From a bacterium (GTDB lineage: Bacteria > UBA8248 > JACPRG01 > G963555815), in the NCBI GenBank assembly GCA_965261595.1, contig CBDHDG010000004.1, positions 288,001 to 352,000 on the forward strand: a DNA stretch of 64,000 nt, in the 5' to 3' direction. Under the pieces are notes generated by a model. The model did no database searches. It was given only the letters and a program-made list of their open reading frames with translations, and was not told where the DNA came from. Shown piece by piece: positions 1 to 10,823 of the stretch. Position numbers and translations under genes: made by a program. Each line of letters begins with the position of its first letter. Positions within the stretch are counted from its first letter, which is position 1.

Positions 1-35
1 ACGACGGGATCCACTACAAGTGGCCCACCCTGTAG
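1..35 (+). CDS. 3' end of an upstream gene, probably the ABC substrate-binding protein (partial)
   Basis: Open frame ...DGIHYKWPTL-TAG at the window edge, directly upstream of an ABC permease and ATPase; identity inferred from context only. Confidence 0.4.
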   Translation, partial: DGIHYKWPTL

Positions 36-100
36 GACCGGTGGAGAAATGCAGCCGCGGGAATCCCGCCGGATGTAAAACCGCTGAGAATGGATTGAAG

Positions 101-140
101 GGCGCGCCCCCCCCTTCCGCCGGGAGGGGGGGGGCGCGCC
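101..140. repeat. GC-rich inverted repeat / intercistronic hairpin
   Basis: ggcgcgccccccccttcc ... gggagggggggggcgcgcc between the upstream stop and the permease start; no U-tract. Confidence 0.7.
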
Positions 141-162
141 TGACGAAACAGGGATCGATGAG

Positions 163-1005
163 ATGACGCAGGCGGAGTATGCCGAAACCGGGGCGCGGGG
201 AACCCACGTGGACTCGCCCGGGCGGACCGGAATCGCGCAATTTTTCGCGGAGGGCATTTCCTGGAAGGCGGTGACCGCCTTTTCGTGTCTTGCCGTCATT
301 TGGCAGCTTGTTTCCTTCGTCTCCCCCGTCTGGCTGGTCCCGGGCGTTCACCTGATCCTCAAGGCGTTCTATGAAATCGTCACGACTTGGGAGCTTCTCA
401 GCCAAGGGTTGATCTCCTTCGTCCGTCTGATCGCGGCCATCCTCGCTTCGGTCATTGTGGGCGTGCCCATCGGTTTGTTCATGGGTCTTTCGGCCAAGAT
501 CGACGATTACGTCCGGCCGATCATCAAGTTTGTCATGGGCGTGCCCGCGCTGAACTGGGTGATCATCGTCATCATCTGGTTCTCGGAGACGGAGCTCCGC
601 ATCGGGTTCGTCCTGCTGATGATCTGCGCGCCCATCACGATCTTCAACGTCTACGACGGGATCCGCTCCATCGACCAGAAGACCACCGACATGGTGAAAA
701 CCTTCGGGGCCAATTCCCGGCAGATGATCAGGATTCTCCTGTGGCCCTACGTGAAGTCCTTCGCCTTCACGGCGACAAAGATCAACGTCGGCGTCGGCGT
801 CCGCGTGGTCATCGTGGCCGAGCTGGTCGGCGCCCCCTCGGGCATCGGCAAAGAGCTCGACCTGGCCAAGAGTCTTTTCGAAATGCCGCTCATCCTTGCC
901 TGGACGCTCTGGATGATCATCGTCCTGCTCCTTCTGGAAACGGTTGTCGAGTGGCTGGAAGGCCGGGTCCTTTCGTGGCGGATAGAAGAAGGAGGGAAGA
1001 TGTAA
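163..1005 (+). CDS. NitT/TauT/SsuC-family ABC transporter permease
   Basis: Hydrophobic 280 aa protein with EAA-loop-like segment (DMVKTFGANSRQM) and IVAELVGAPSGIG motif. Confidence 0.9.
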   Translation: MTQAEYAETGARGTHVDSPGRTGIAQFFAEGISWKAVTAFSCLAVIWQLVSFVSPVWLVPGVHLILKAFYEIVTTWELLSQGLISFVRLIAAILASVIVGVPIGLFMGLSAKIDDYVRPIIKFVMGVPALNWVIIVIIWFSETELRIGFVLLMICAPITIFNVYDGIRSIDQKTTDMVKTFGANSRQMIRILLWPYVKSFAFTATKINVGVGVRVVIVAELVGAPSGIGKELDLAKSLFEMPLILAWTLWMIIVLLLLETVVEWLEGRVLSWRIEEGGKM

Positions 1006-1820
1006 TGGCCCAGGCCGCGGAATCCTCGGGCAACGGCCGGCCCAAGATCGTCGTCCGCAACGTCCACAAAACCTTCTATCAGAAACAAAAGGGCACCGAG
1101 GTCCGCGCCATCGCCGGCCTGTCCTTCGATATCGGCGAGGGCGAGTACCTGGTCATCGTCGGGGAGACGGGCGCGGGAAAATCGGTGTTCTTCGACTGTC
1201 TACTCGGGCTCAAGCACGTCGATGCCGGCGAGATCCTCATCGACGGGACGCCCGCGCAGAATTACCGAAAAACCCACGTCGGCGGGATCACCCGCATCTT
1301 TCAGGAAGACCGCCTCCTGCCCTGGCGGACCGCCACCGAGAACGTCTGCCTGGGCCCCGAGATTCAGGGCGTCTCCAAAGAGGAGCAGATCGAGACCGCC
1401 CACAAGTGGCTGAAGCTCGTGGGGCTGTGGGGGTTCGAGAACTCTTACCCCAACGAGCTATCGGGCGGCATGCGCCAACGCGTCAACATCGCCCGGGCCT
1501 TCGCCACCCACCCGGACATCCTCCTTCTGGACGAGGCGTTCGGCGGCCTGGACGAGGTGACGGCGATGCGTCTGCGCAAGGACTTCATCGACCTGGCTCA
1601 CCAGCAGAAGATGACGTTCGTGATGGTGACCCACAGCATCGAGGAGGCGCTCGTCCTCGGAAGACGGATCCTCATCTTCGGCGTCCCGGCCCACATCGTC
1701 CACACCATCGACGTCCCGGACGACATCGAGAACAACCCATCCCTGTTCGAAGAGAAGAAGGAAGAGATCAAGCACTGGATCGCCAAAGAGGGACGGCTGA
1801 AAGCCACGGCTGACGAATAG
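1005..1820 (+). CDS. NitT/TauT-family ABC transporter ATP-binding protein
   Basis: Walker A GETGAGKS, signature LSGGMRQR, Walker B LLLDE, H-loop VTHS; ATG overlaps the permease stop (TAATG). Confidence 0.92.
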   Translation: MAQAAESSGNGRPKIVVRNVHKTFYQKQKGTEVRAIAGLSFDIGEGEYLVIVGETGAGKSVFFDCLLGLKHVDAGEILIDGTPAQNYRKTHVGGITRIFQEDRLLPWRTATENVCLGPEIQGVSKEEQIETAHKWLKLVGLWGFENSYPNELSGGMRQRVNIARAFATHPDILLLDEAFGGLDEVTAMRLRKDFIDLAHQQKMTFVMVTHSIEEALVLGRRILIFGVPAHIVHTIDVPDDIENNPSLFEEKKEEIKHWIAKEGRLKATADE

Positions 1821-1902
1821 AGGGTTGCGGCGAAACGCCCAAATCGGGGACCGCCACAACAGATTTCCAGGTCGCTCCGCTCTTTCAGGATGTAGCGGCG
1901 CT

Positions 1903-1928
1903 CCCTTCGGATTTGCTCAGGGCAGGCT
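1903..1928. repeat. Short REP-like intergenic element between convergent genes
   Basis: cccttcggatttgctcagggcaggct resembles a widespread CCCTTCG..GCTCAGGGCAGG extragenic repeat (from recall); single copy here. Confidence 0.35.
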
Positions 1929-1991
1929 CTTGAGGGCTCCCGTGCAGGTTCGATTGGCCATCGATGGAAGGGGCGACCCGAATAGGAATGA

Positions 1992-3626
1992 CTACCGGAC
2001 CAGCTCCCGCCGCAACACCTTCCCCACCGGACTTTTCGGCAGCGACTCGGCGAACTCGATGACGTGCGGGACTTTGTAGGACGCGATGCGGCCCTTGAGG
2101 TCATCCAGGATCTCCGCGGCCAACCCTTCCTCCGGTTTTTCCTGATCACGCACGACGACGATCGCCCGGATCCGGTTGCCGATCTCTTCGTCTGTCTGCG
2201 GCACCACTGCCGCCTCAACGACCGCCGGATGGCGGCTCATGGCGTTCTCGATCTCGACCGGCGAGATGAAGATCCCCCGGCTCTTGAAGCACTCGTCGCT
2301 CCGCCCCGCCACCCAGAAGTAGCCGTCCTCGTCCTTCCAGGCCAAATCCCCTGTATGGTACCAGCCGTTCCGCGTAACCTCCGCCGTCCGCTCCGGGTCC
2401 TTGTGATACCCGAGGAAGAAGCCGGGGTCGCCGGCCCAGATCAGGAGATGGCCGACCTCGCCCGGCGGGACGGGGCGATAGGCATCGTCCAGGACATCCA
2501 CCACGACGCCGGGAAGCGGCCTGCCGATGGAGCCCGGCCGGACGGACCACTCCGGTCTCTCGGGCCGCCCCGGCCCCTGCCCCAGAACCATCTGCATCTC
2601 CGACACGCCGTAGTGCTCGTAGATGTCGCACCCGAACCGGCGCTTCCATTCGTGGTACGTCGCCTCCTGAAGCGGCTCGCCCGTGGCGTTGCAGCACCGC
2701 AGGCTCGACACGTCATACCGCTCCTCCACGCCCTCGATTCCGAGGATGCGGCGGTAGACCGTCGCGACGGAATAAAGGACGGTCACGCCATGGCGTTGGA
2801 CGGCCTCCAGGACCCGCTCGGGCAGCGCCCGGCCCTCCAGGATGGCCCCGGTCACGCCGTTCCGGAGAGGGAACAGGACGTTGTGGCCAAGGGCGCTGAT
2901 GAAGCTCCACTCCCCCGTGGCCATGGCCACATCGTCCGCCTCGGGCGGGAGGCGCAGGCGGTTGGCGTCCCCGAGGGCGATGATCCAGCGGTGCGCGTGG
3001 CGGATGCCCTTGGGCCGGCCCGTCGTCCCGGACGTGTAGACGATGAAGGCCGGATCGTTGGCGGCGGTGTCGGCGGCCTCCAGGGGATCGGCGTCTCCGC
3101 CCTCGGGCAAGTCCTCAAGCGCTGCCTCGCCCTTCGCCGCGCCCCTCGCGACGATCAGCCCCAGGTCCAATTCATCCTTCAACCCGCGCAAGGGTCCGGC
3201 GACCTCATCCAGGGTGATCGCCCCCCGGGCGTCGCTGTGCTCAAGGACATAGGCCGCCTCCTCCGTCCCCAGCAGGGAGTTCAGCAGAACGGGGAGCGCG
3301 CCGATCTTGACCAGGGCCAGGAAAGACGCGACGAACTCGGGGCAGTTGGGCATCCGGAGCAGGATCGGCGCTCCGCGCGAAACGCCACGCGTTAAAAGTC
3401 CCCGGGCCAATCGATCGACCCCCGACCTCAGCTCGGAATACGAGATTTCGCCGTCCGCATGGATGAAGGCCGTCCGGTCTCCGAAGCCCGGTCCTCCCTC
3501 TCCCTCTTCCCCCGCCCCCTTTCCCCGCCGGTCCGGGAACCACCGGTCCAAGACCTCCCGGGCGATGTTCACGCGCGGGGGGATTTTCCTGTAGCGTTCG
3601 GGAAGCCCCGCTTCCTCAGCTTCCAT
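1992..3626 (-). CDS. Acyl/aryl-CoA synthetase (AMP-binding, benzoate-CoA ligase-like)
   Basis: [27 protein letters not shown] and PKSPVGK motifs; start MEAEE at 3626 with GGAGA RBS, overlapping the upstream stop. Confidence 0.9.
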   Translation of the reverse strand: MEAEEAGLPERYRKIPPRVNIAREVLDRWFPDRRGKGAGEEGEGGPGFGDRTAFIHADGEISYSELRSGVDRLARGLLTRGVSRGAPILLRMPNCPEFVASFLALVKIGALPVLLNSLLGTEEAAYVLEHSDARGAITLDEVAGPLRGLKDELDLGLIVARGAAKGEAALEDLPEGGDADPLEAADTAANDPAFIVYTSGTTGRPKGIRHAHRWIIALGDANRLRLPPEADDVAMATGEWSFISALGHNVLFPLRNGVTGAILEGRALPERVLEAVQRHGVTVLYSVATVYRRILGIEGVEERYDVSSLRCCNATGEPLQEATYHEWKRRFGCDIYEHYGVSEMQMVLGQGPGRPERPEWSVRPGSIGRPLPGVVVDVLDDAYRPVPPGEVGHLLIWAGDPGFFLGYHKDPERTAEVTRNGWYHTGDLAWKDEDGYFWVAGRSDECFKSRGIFISPVEIENAMSRHPAVVEAAVVPQTDEEIGNRIRAIVVVRDQEKPEEGLAAEILDDLKGRIASYKVPHVIEFAESLPKSPVGKVLRRELVR

Positions 3627-4518
3627 TCCCGTCTCCAAAGGGCCAGTTGTCATAGTAGGGGCCCCGGTAGTCCGGCGCCCTTTTCTCCATAAACGAGCGG
3701 ATCCCCTCCTGGCAGTCCTTCGTCCGGGTGATTTCCAGGATCGCCGCAAGCTCTTTGGAATAGCCTTCCTCCGAGCGGTTGGCGTTCCAGTAGAACTTGA
3801 CGAGGTCCTTGGCGTGGCGGACGGAGAGATAGGGGTTGCCCGCGATGCGGCCGGCCAGTTCGAACACCTCATCCATCAGTTTATCGTGGGGCGCCACGCG
3901 GTCCACCAGACCGATGCGCTCGGCCTCGGCCGCGTCGACGCGCTTGCCCGTGAGGATCATCTCGAGCGCCTTGCCGACGCCGATGAGCTTCGGCAGGTTC
4001 CGCGAGCCGCCGGCCTCGGGGACGAACCCCGCGGGGACAGCCACCTCGCCGAACTTGGCCCGGTCCGAAGCGATCCGGAAATCGCACAGCGTGCACATCT
4101 CCAGACCGGCCCCGACGGCCCAGCCGTTGATGGCGGCGACCGTGACGGGGGGCAGGTCTTCGAGCTTGCGGAAGCAGCGCTGGAGGACCTGGTGGCGTAG
4201 GTCGTTGAAGAAGTAGTGCGCCAGCTCCCGGTACGGGCCGTGGATGCCCATGTCGTAATCGTCGGCCGCGCCCAGGGGGCCGGCCTCGGTCACCACGTCG
4301 CCGCCGGCGCAGAAGCCCTTCCCCTCCCCCGTCAGGATGACCACTTTGAGGTGGCTGTTCCACTTGATCTCGTCGCACAGGACGTCGAGCTCCATCCGCA
4401 TGCGCACGTCGATGGCGTTCATGGCATCGGGCCGGTTCAGCTTGATGAGACCGATGCACTTCTCTTCGGGCCGGTTCGGATTCGGATGAACGGACCAGTC
4501 CAGCGCCTGGTAATTCAT
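3616..4518 (-). CDS. Enoyl-CoA hydratase/isomerase (crotonase) family protein
   Basis: [35 protein letters not shown] motifs; AAAGGAGG RBS before ATG at 4518. Confidence 0.9.
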   Translation of the reverse strand: MNYQALDWSVHPNPNRPEEKCIGLIKLNRPDAMNAIDVRMRMELDVLCDEIKWNSHLKVVILTGEGKGFCAGGDVVTEAGPLGAADDYDMGIHGPYRELAHYFFNDLRHQVLQRCFRKLEDLPPVTVAAINGWAVGAGLEMCTLCDFRIASDRAKFGEVAVPAGFVPEAGGSRNLPKLIGVGKALEMILTGKRVDAAEAERIGLVDRVAPHDKLMDEVFELAGRIAGNPYLSVRHAKDLVKFYWNANRSEEGYSKELAAILEITRTKDCQEGIRSFMEKRAPDYRGPYYDNWPFGDGNGS

Positions 4519-4679
4519 GGCCCCTCCTTTCGGACGGAACAGGGGGAGCGCGAAGCCCCGAGGACCTTCCGGAGCCAAGACACCCCGCTTAGGGATTAGA
4601 AGGTTATTGTATCCGTTTCGGGAGGTAGGGAGGGGGTGGGGGGGCGGCGCGACGAAGACGGGGCGCAAGAAAAAGGCGT

Positions 4680-7025
4680 TTACTCGTCGCTGTCTTCATC
4701 GCCCAGCGGGGGATAGGGGGTCCCGCTCTTTTCAGACGATCGGTCCGTCCGTTTCTCACCGGAGGCCCCCCTTTCGCCTTTGTCCTCAAAGGCCCGGGAC
4801 ACCTGTTCCAGGTAGAGCGGGGGCGGGGTTCCCTCCTTCGGGTTTCCGAAATAGACCGTCCGGTGGGGGAAGGGAATCTCGATGCCGCGCTCGTCGAACA
4901 CCTTCTTCATCCGGCGGTTGAACTCCCGGCCGACGTTCCACTGCTTGATGGGTTTCGTCGTGAAGCGCGCCCGCACGACGACGGCCGAATCCTCGAACCG
5001 GTCCACGCCCATGATCTCGATGGGTTGCAGGATGTCGGGTCCGTATTCCGGATCGGCCTGCATCCCGGCGCCGATCTCCTTGAGGATCTCGACCACCTTG
5101 TCCGTGTCCTCACGGTAGGAAACCCCGACGTCCATCACGTATCGCGAAAAGTCTTTCGTCATGTTCGTGACCCGGTCCACACTGCTGTGGGGGATGACGT
5201 GGACGTTCCCCGCGAGGTCCCGGATCCGGATGGTCCGGAGGCTGAGGTTCTCGACCATCCCGGCCGTGCCCTGCAAGACGACGATGTCTCCCACCGACAT
5301 GCTGTCTTCGAGGATGATGAAAAGACCCGAGATGATGTCCTTCACCAGCGACTGCGCGCCGAAGCCGACGGCCAGCCCCAGGACCCCCACGCCCGCCAGG
5401 ACGGGTGTCACGTTGATCCCGAGCTGTTCCATGACGACCAGGACCGCGATGACGATGACCGCCACTTTCAGCGTCGCCCGGCCGAGCGGGACCAGGGTCT
5501 TCAACCGGCCGGGAGGCTCGACCGTCTCGCCATCCGGGCCCGTCCGGGGTTGCAGCAGGGCATCCGCCGCGAAATCCCCGCCCTCCAGAACAACGAACGC
5601 AATGAGGAGCGCGACCCCAATCGCGAACAGCCGCTTCATCACAAACAAGCCGAAATCGGAGAACAGGAAATCGAAAAGCCGGACCTCCCACGCCTCGATG
5701 ATCAGGAAGGCCGTCAGCAGATAGAGAAGGGAGAACGCGATCCGGTTCGTCACGCGCACGTAACGATTGGCCCGCCCCTCTAAGTCGGGGAACCGCGCCG
5801 CGAGCCGGGGGGGAACCTGGAACAGCCTCCGGAGAATGACCGCGAGGAAGCGCCGGAGGACGAAGCAAAGGGCGATCAGCAGGGCAGTGTACAGCGTCGC
5901 CCAGACCATCAGCCCCAGGGCGTCCGGATAGTCCAGAAGCCAGAGACTGTAGCCCACGATGAGATAGACGACGGTGATCGCGTGCCCATAGACAGCCAGG
6001 AACCGCCTGACGATCCGAAGGGTCCCCCCCCGGGCCTCCCCGCCGGACTCGGCGTCCGACGCGAGACGGGCGCGGACCTCCCTCCGCTGCTGGAGAACCA
6101 GCGTAATCACCTGAATCACCAGGATGGCCGCATAAATCTCGAAAAGACCCCGCGTCAAGCCCTCCGAAGCCCCGAGAATCTCGACAATCCTGACAAAGTA
6201 ATACCCATAGACGCCGAGACCCGTGAGGCGTCTCATCCAGACGTTCCAGTAGGCGGCTGTCTCGTCTTTCAGTGGAAGGAAGCGGACACTCGGCCGCAAG
6301 GGGGCGAAGAAAATCCGGCTCAAGGCGAGCAAGGCCGTCCTCAGGAAATAGGCCCAAGCCGCCGCCAGGGCGGCCGCGGCCCCCAGGGGGTGAGGGAGCA
6401 GAAGGGTCAGCCCCACGAAAACCGCCAGGAGCATCACCACCGGCGGGATCAGGCGCAACAAGGAGAGGCCGAGTGAAACCAGGAACTTCCGGATTCCGGG
6501 AGATCCGTCGTCCACCGTCAGCCGGTCCCCCGCCCGGAGGGCGTATCTCCTCGAAAGAAGCGCGAGGATGACCGCCGCGCCGAACGCGGCGGCCAGTTTC
6601 CAAAGAAGGTCCGCCAATCGCAAAAGGAAACTTTTTTCCCGGGCACGTCGCGTCCCTTCCGAGACCAACCGGGGAATCGATTTGAATCTCTCCGAGGCCT
6701 GAGATACGATGACGTTGAGTCTTCCGACAACCCGCTCATACACGTTGACGAACGTCACGCTTCCCGCCGGGACCTCCGACTTTCGCCGGCCCGCCCGCTC
6801 CCGCTCGACAAGCCCCTTCAACTGCCGGATCAGCCTTTTCCGCTCCGCCGGGTTCTCCAGCGTCTTCAACAACAGCTCGACGTCCGATGGGCCGCCGGCC
6901 GCCTTGGAAGCCCCGGGGGGCGTGTCCTGGCCGAAAACGGGCGCGGCGGAGACGGCGAGGCAGAGAAAGAAAATGCTTGCGATCAGCCGGCGCATGCTCA
7001 ATGGGAGACGGGCGGGAATCTTCAT
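4680..7025 (-). CDS. MscS-family mechanosensitive channel with long N-terminal membrane domain (YbiO-like)
   Basis: [27 protein letters not shown]3 motif, [20 protein letters not shown]; signal-peptide-like N-terminus. Confidence 0.92.
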   Translation of the reverse strand: MKIPARLPLSMRRLIASIFFLCLAVSAAPVFGQDTPPGASKAAGGPSDVELLLKTLENPAERKRLIRQLKGLVERERAGRRKSEVPAGSVTFVNVYERVVGRLNVIVSQASERFKSIPRLVSEGTRRAREKSFLLRLADLLWKLAAAFGAAVILALLSRRYALRAGDRLTVDDGSPGIRKFLVSLGLSLLRLIPPVVMLLAVFVGLTLLLPHPLGAAAALAAAWAYFLRTALLALSRIFFAPLRPSVRFLPLKDETAAYWNVWMRRLTGLGVYGYYFVRIVEILGASEGLTRGLFEIYAAILVIQVITLVLQQRREVRARLASDAESGGEARGGTLRIVRRFLAVYGHAITVVYLIVGYSLWLLDYPDALGLMVWATLYTALLIALCFVLRRFLAVILRRLFQVPPRLAARFPDLEGRANRYVRVTNRIAFSLLYLLTAFLIIEAWEVRLFDFLFSDFGLFVMKRLFAIGVALLIAFVVLEGGDFAADALLQPRTGPDGETVEPPGRLKTLVPLGRATLKVAVIVIAVLVVMEQLGINVTPVLAGVGVLGLAVGFGAQSLVKDIISGLFIILEDSMSVGDIVVLQGTAGMVENLSLRTIRIRDLAGNVHVIPHSSVDRVTNMTKDFSRYVMDVGVSYREDTDKVVEILKEIGAGMQADPEYGPDILQPIEIMGVDRFEDSAVVVRARFTTKPIKQWNVGREFNRRMKKVFDERGIEIPFPHRTVYFGNPKEGTPPPLYLEQVSRAFEDKGERGASGEKRTDRSSEKSGTPYPPLGDEDSDE

Positions 7026-7038
7026 TTCTCCTCGGGCT

Positions 7039-9441
7039 TCAGACCGTTTGGACCGCGCGGATCAGGTCCCAAAGGTGGTTGGGGCTGAGCGGAAGGGCCG
7101 TCACCTCGACCCCCAGCGGAGACAGGGCGTCCTCGACGGCGCTGGCGATCACGGCCGGCGCGGGAATCGCGCCCCCCTCGCCCGCCCCTTTCGACCCCAA
7201 GGGGGTGAAGGGCGAAGGGGTCTCCAGGCTGTCCACCTCGATGTGGGGGGATTCCATGGTTGTCGGCTTCAGATAATCCATGAAATTGGCCGTCAGGAAT
7301 TGTCCGCTTTCATCATAGATGAATTCCTCGTAGAGGGCCGCGCCAATCCCGTGGACGGTCGCTCCGTGGGCCAGCCCCTCGACAATCATCGGGTTGATCT
7401 CCGTCCCGCAATCGTGGACCATTCCGTATTTGAGGATTTTGACCTGGGCCGTTCCCGGGTCGACCTCCACCATGGCGATGTGAACGGAGTTGCTGGCGAA
7501 GAGCTGGGTCCGCACGCGGCGTTCGGCATCGGGAAGATCGGCCTGCCGGTTGACATGATAGTGCCGGGCCTCGAGCCCCGCCTCCATTCCTTCCGGCAGC
7601 ATGAGGAGGTCCCGGTAGGCGATCCGCGCGATCTCCGCGATCGGCATCGACCTCCCCTCCCCCCCCCCTCCCCTTTCCGCCGCCCGGACCTCGCCGTCTT
7701 CAATCTCCAGCGACGCCCTGTCCGATTTCATCAGGTGCGCCGCGAGGTCGAGCAGCTTGTTCCGGACCTTCCGCGCCGCGCCCAGGATGGCCGCCGTGTC
7801 TGTCCCGGAGAACTTGTTCGAGTAATTCCCCGAAGCGTACAGCCAGGGGGTGGTGTGGGAATCGAACCAGGGCGCGACATGAACGGCGTCGGGATGGACG
7901 CCCAGCTCGTCCGCGACGATCTGGGCCGCGGTGGTTTCGTAACCCTGCCCGCTGCCCGCGTCCCCGACGGCCGTCCGGATGGAGCCGTCCGCCTCGATCC
8001 GGACCAGGGCCGCCTCGCCCATCCCCGACGCCAGCCGCCGGCCGGTCGTGAGGATGTACGAGGAAAGGTTCGAGCTGCTGGGCTCAACGGCCGCGGCGAT
8101 CCCGACCCCCACGCTCCGCCCCTCGGCCCGGGCCTCCGCCTGGACCTTTCTCAGACCCTCGTAGTCCATCTGTTTCATGGCCCGGCGAAGCGTCTCGGGA
8201 TAATCGCCGCTGTCGTAGACCGTCCCGGAGGGAATCCGGTAGGGAAAGGCCTCGGGGGGTATGAAGTTGCGAAACCGGATCTCGGCGGGGTCCAGATCCA
8301 GCGTCTTCGCGATCAGGTCCATTATGCGCTCGGCGGCGAAGCACATGAAGGGTTTTCCGATTCCCCGGTTGGCCCCAGAGGGGCATTTGTTGGTCAAAAC
8401 GGCGTGCGCCTCGAAGCGGACGGCCGGGATGGTGTAACAGTTGGTGAGCGTTCCCATCTTGAGGAGGGAGTGGACCGTCGGGTTGGCGAGGTTGTTCCCC
8501 TCGTCCGCCCAGTCGCGGATCTTCCACGCCAGCACCTTCCCGTCGCGGTTGAAGGCGGCTTCCATCTCGATCACCCCGTTGCAGGCGTGCATCAGCGCCA
8601 TGAGGTTCTCCCGCCGGTCCTCGATCCACTTGACGGGCTTGCCCGCCTTTTTCGCCAGGAGGGCGGCCAGGAGAAGATAGGGCGCGCGCCGCTTGTTCCC
8701 GAACCCGCCGCCGATGTCCGGAATGATGAGACGAACCCGGGCCTGGGAAACGCCCAGGGCGTCGGCCAGAAGTCCCACCGTCAGCCCCGGCCGCTGGTCG
8801 TTGGACCAGAAGGTGTAGCTGTCGCTTCCGATGTCGTATCGGGCGATGCACCCGAAGGTCTCGAGCGGCGTCGATGTGTACCGCTGGATGGAGAACCGCT
8901 TCGCCAGGGTGAGGTCGGCCTCGGCGAACGCCCCATCCACGTCGCCGAAAGTGAACGTGTCGGACCAGATGACGTTCGTCCCCATCTCGTCGTAGAGGAG
9001 CGGTGTATCGGGATCCGCCGCCTTCTCCGGATCGACCACGGCGTCCAGCGGCTCATATTCGGCGCGAATGAGCTCAACGGCGTCTTCCGCCACGTACCGG
9101 TCCGCCGCCGCGACGGCTGCGACCGCCTCTCCCACGTACCGGACCCGATCGATGGCCAGGGCGCCGTAGCCGAGCTTGACGGGGACCGGGATGAGCGACT
9201 TCATCGTGTGGCCGGCCGCGTCCCGGCCGGTCAGAACGGCCTCCACGCCGGGAAGGCGCTCCGCCTCCGAGGTGTCGATGGAAAGGATGCGGGCGTGGGG
9301 ATAGGGGCTGCGATAGATCGCCGCGTGGAGCGTCCCGGGGAAGGCGAAGTCGTCCACGTAATTCCCCCGCCCGGTGATGAACTTGCCGTCTTCTTTCCGC
9401 AGGACCCTCCGGCCCGCCCACCGCTTCTCCGGTTCGCTCAT
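7039..9441 (-). CDS. Xanthine dehydrogenase-family molybdopterin subunit (HmfA/CoxL-like)
   Basis: IGGGFGNK, GANRGIG, GQGYET, GNYSNKF, DCGTEINPMIVEG, KGAGEGG (catalytic Glu). Confidence 0.92.
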   Translation of the reverse strand: MSEPEKRWAGRRVLRKEDGKFITGRGNYVDDFAFPGTLHAAIYRSPYPHARILSIDTSEAERLPGVEAVLTGRDAAGHTMKSLIPVPVKLGYGALAIDRVRYVGEAVAAVAAADRYVAEDAVELIRAEYEPLDAVVDPEKAADPDTPLLYDEMGTNVIWSDTFTFGDVDGAFAEADLTLAKRFSIQRYTSTPLETFGCIARYDIGSDSYTFWSNDQRPGLTVGLLADALGVSQARVRLIIPDIGGGFGNKRRAPYLLLAALLAKKAGKPVKWIEDRRENLMALMHACNGVIEMEAAFNRDGKVLAWKIRDWADEGNNLANPTVHSLLKMGTLTNCYTIPAVRFEAHAVLTNKCPSGANRGIGKPFMCFAAERIMDLIAKTLDLDPAEIRFRNFIPPEAFPYRIPSGTVYDSGDYPETLRRAMKQMDYEGLRKVQAEARAEGRSVGVGIAAAVEPSSSNLSSYILTTGRRLASGMGEAALVRIEADGSIRTAVGDAGSGQGYETTAAQIVADELGVHPDAVHVAPWFDSHTTPWLYASGNYSNKFSGTDTAAILGAARKVRNKLLDLAAHLMKSDRASLEIEDGEVRAAERGGGGEGRSMPIAEIARIAYRDLLMLPEGMEAGLEARHYHVNRQADLPDAERRVRTQLFASNSVHIAMVEVDPGTAQVKILKYGMVHDCGTEINPMIVEGLAHGATVHGIGAALYEEFIYDESGQFLTANFMDYLKPTTMESPHIEVDSLETPSPFTPLGSKGAGEGGAIPAPAVIASAVEDALSPLGVEVTALPLSPNHLWDLIRAVQTV

Positions 9442-9965
9442 GACGGGACCGCCCCCGGCGACGCTTCAGCGGCCTCCCCGCTCCGCATCTTCAGCGCGGC
9501 GTCCAGAACCGCCCGGACGATGTTGACGTATCCGGTGCACATGCAGAGATTTCCCGCCAGGCCCTCCCGGACCTCGGCTTCCGTCGGATCGGGGTTTCGC
9601 TCGAGAAGCTCGCACGCCGTCAGAAGCATGCCGGGCGTGCAGAACCCGCATTGAAGGGCGTGCCGTTCGTGAAAGGCCCGCTGGAGCGGGTGGAGGCGGC
9701 CCTCCCCCTCTCCCTCCCGGCCCAGGCCCTCGACGGTCGTCACCTCGCACCCGTCCGCCTGAACGGCGAACGTCAGGCAGGACCGCGCCGCGGCCCCGTT
9801 CAGCAGGATCGTGCAGGCCCCGCACACCCCATGTTCACACCCCAGGTGCGTCCCGGTGAGGCCGAGGTTTTCCCGCAGGAAGTCCGCCAACGTCCGGCGC
9901 GGCTCGACCTCGCCCCCCACCTCGGCGCCGTTCACCTTCAAGCGAATCTCATGCCGCCGAATCAG
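9438..9965 (-). CDS. 2x[2Fe-2S] small subunit (CoxS-like)
   Basis: GCEHGVCGACT, QCGFCTPG, NLCMCTGY; start uncertain (CTG at 9965 overlapping the upstream TGA, or TTG at 9941). Confidence 0.9.
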   Translation of the reverse strand: MIRRHEIRLKVNGAEVGGEVEPRRTLADFLRENLGLTGTHLGCEHGVCGACTILLNGAAARSCLTFAVQADGCEVTTVEGLGREGEGEGRLHPLQRAFHERHALQCGFCTPGMLLTACELLERNPDPTEAEVREGLAGNLCMCTGYVNIVRAVLDAALKMRSGEAAEASPGAVPS

Positions 9966-10822
9966 AGGGCCCTCTCCCGGGCGGCCCGGAGGGCGCGCTC
10001 GCTCAGGACGCCCGACAGGTGTTTTCGGAACTCCGATGAGGCATGAACGTCCCCCGGAGGGCGAACGGCATCGGCCACGATCTTTCCCGCCTCCGCCAAG
10101 CGCTTCGGATCGAGCGGGCCTCCGCGCAGGAATTCCTCCGCCTCGGCCACCCGCAAGGGGCCCGGGCCGACGCCTCCCAGGACGAGCCGCGCGTCGGCAC
10201 ACCGGCCGCCCGGGTCCGGCGCGACGCCCGCCGAGACGCAGACGACGGCGAAGTCTCCATGCCGCCGGCTCATCTCCAGGAACGACCAGCCCCATTCATC
10301 ACCCGGCACGGGGATGGACACCTCGGTCAGGATCTCCCCGGACGCCAGGGCGGTCTCGAAATAATCGGTGAAAAACGCCGCCCCGGGGATCGCGCGCTTG
10401 CCGTCCGGACCTTCGGCGTGCAGCGTCGCGCCCAGGGCGACTGCCGCGACCGGGAGCTCGGCCGCGGGATCGGCGTGGGCGAGACTGCCTCCGACCGTCC
10501 CCCGGTTGCGGATGGCGGGATGGCCGATGAGGGGAACCGCCTCCGCCAGGAGGGGAAAGGTCCGCGCGGCGAGGTGGTCCTCAAGCGCCCGATGCCGGGT
10601 GAGCGCCCCGATGCGCAACGCCCCGTTTCTTTCGATGTAGTCCAGTGAAGTCAATGGGTTGACGTCGACGAGACAGGCGGGTTTCGCCAAACGGAAACTG
10701 AGGAGGGGAACCAAGCTCTGCCCCCCGGCCAGAAGCTTGGCCTCTTCGCCGAACTCACCCAGATGATGAAGGGCCTCCTCGACCGAATCGGCCCGGCGAT
10801 ACTCGAAGGGAGCGGGTTTCAT
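9962..10822 (-). CDS. FAD-binding medium subunit (CoxM-like)
   Basis: MKPAPFEY, LAGGQSLVP, IRNRGTVGGSLAHADPAAE, RRHGDFA. Confidence 0.92.
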   Translation of the reverse strand: MKPAPFEYRRADSVEEALHHLGEFGEEAKLLAGGQSLVPLLSFRLAKPACLVDVNPLTSLDYIERNGALRIGALTRHRALEDHLAARTFPLLAEAVPLIGHPAIRNRGTVGGSLAHADPAAELPVAAVALGATLHAEGPDGKRAIPGAAFFTDYFETALASGEILTEVSIPVPGDEWGWSFLEMSRRHGDFAVVCVSAGVAPDPGGRCADARLVLGGVGPGPLRVAEAEEFLRGGPLDPKRLAEAGKIVADAVRPPGDVHASSEFRKHLSGVLSERALRAARERAL

Positions 10823-10823
10823 C

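Noticed and set aside
7039..9441. Aerobic CO dehydrogenase (coxL) call for either Mo subunit
   Set aside because: The active-site loops read GANRGIG and GPNRGYG, not the AYxCSFR copper-binding motif
6709..9654. Long antisense or overlapping ORFs (e.g. 6709-9654, 12987-15137, 26981-29029, 36762-38477)
   Set aside because: Shadow frames of real high-GC genes on the opposite strand; no recognisable motifs
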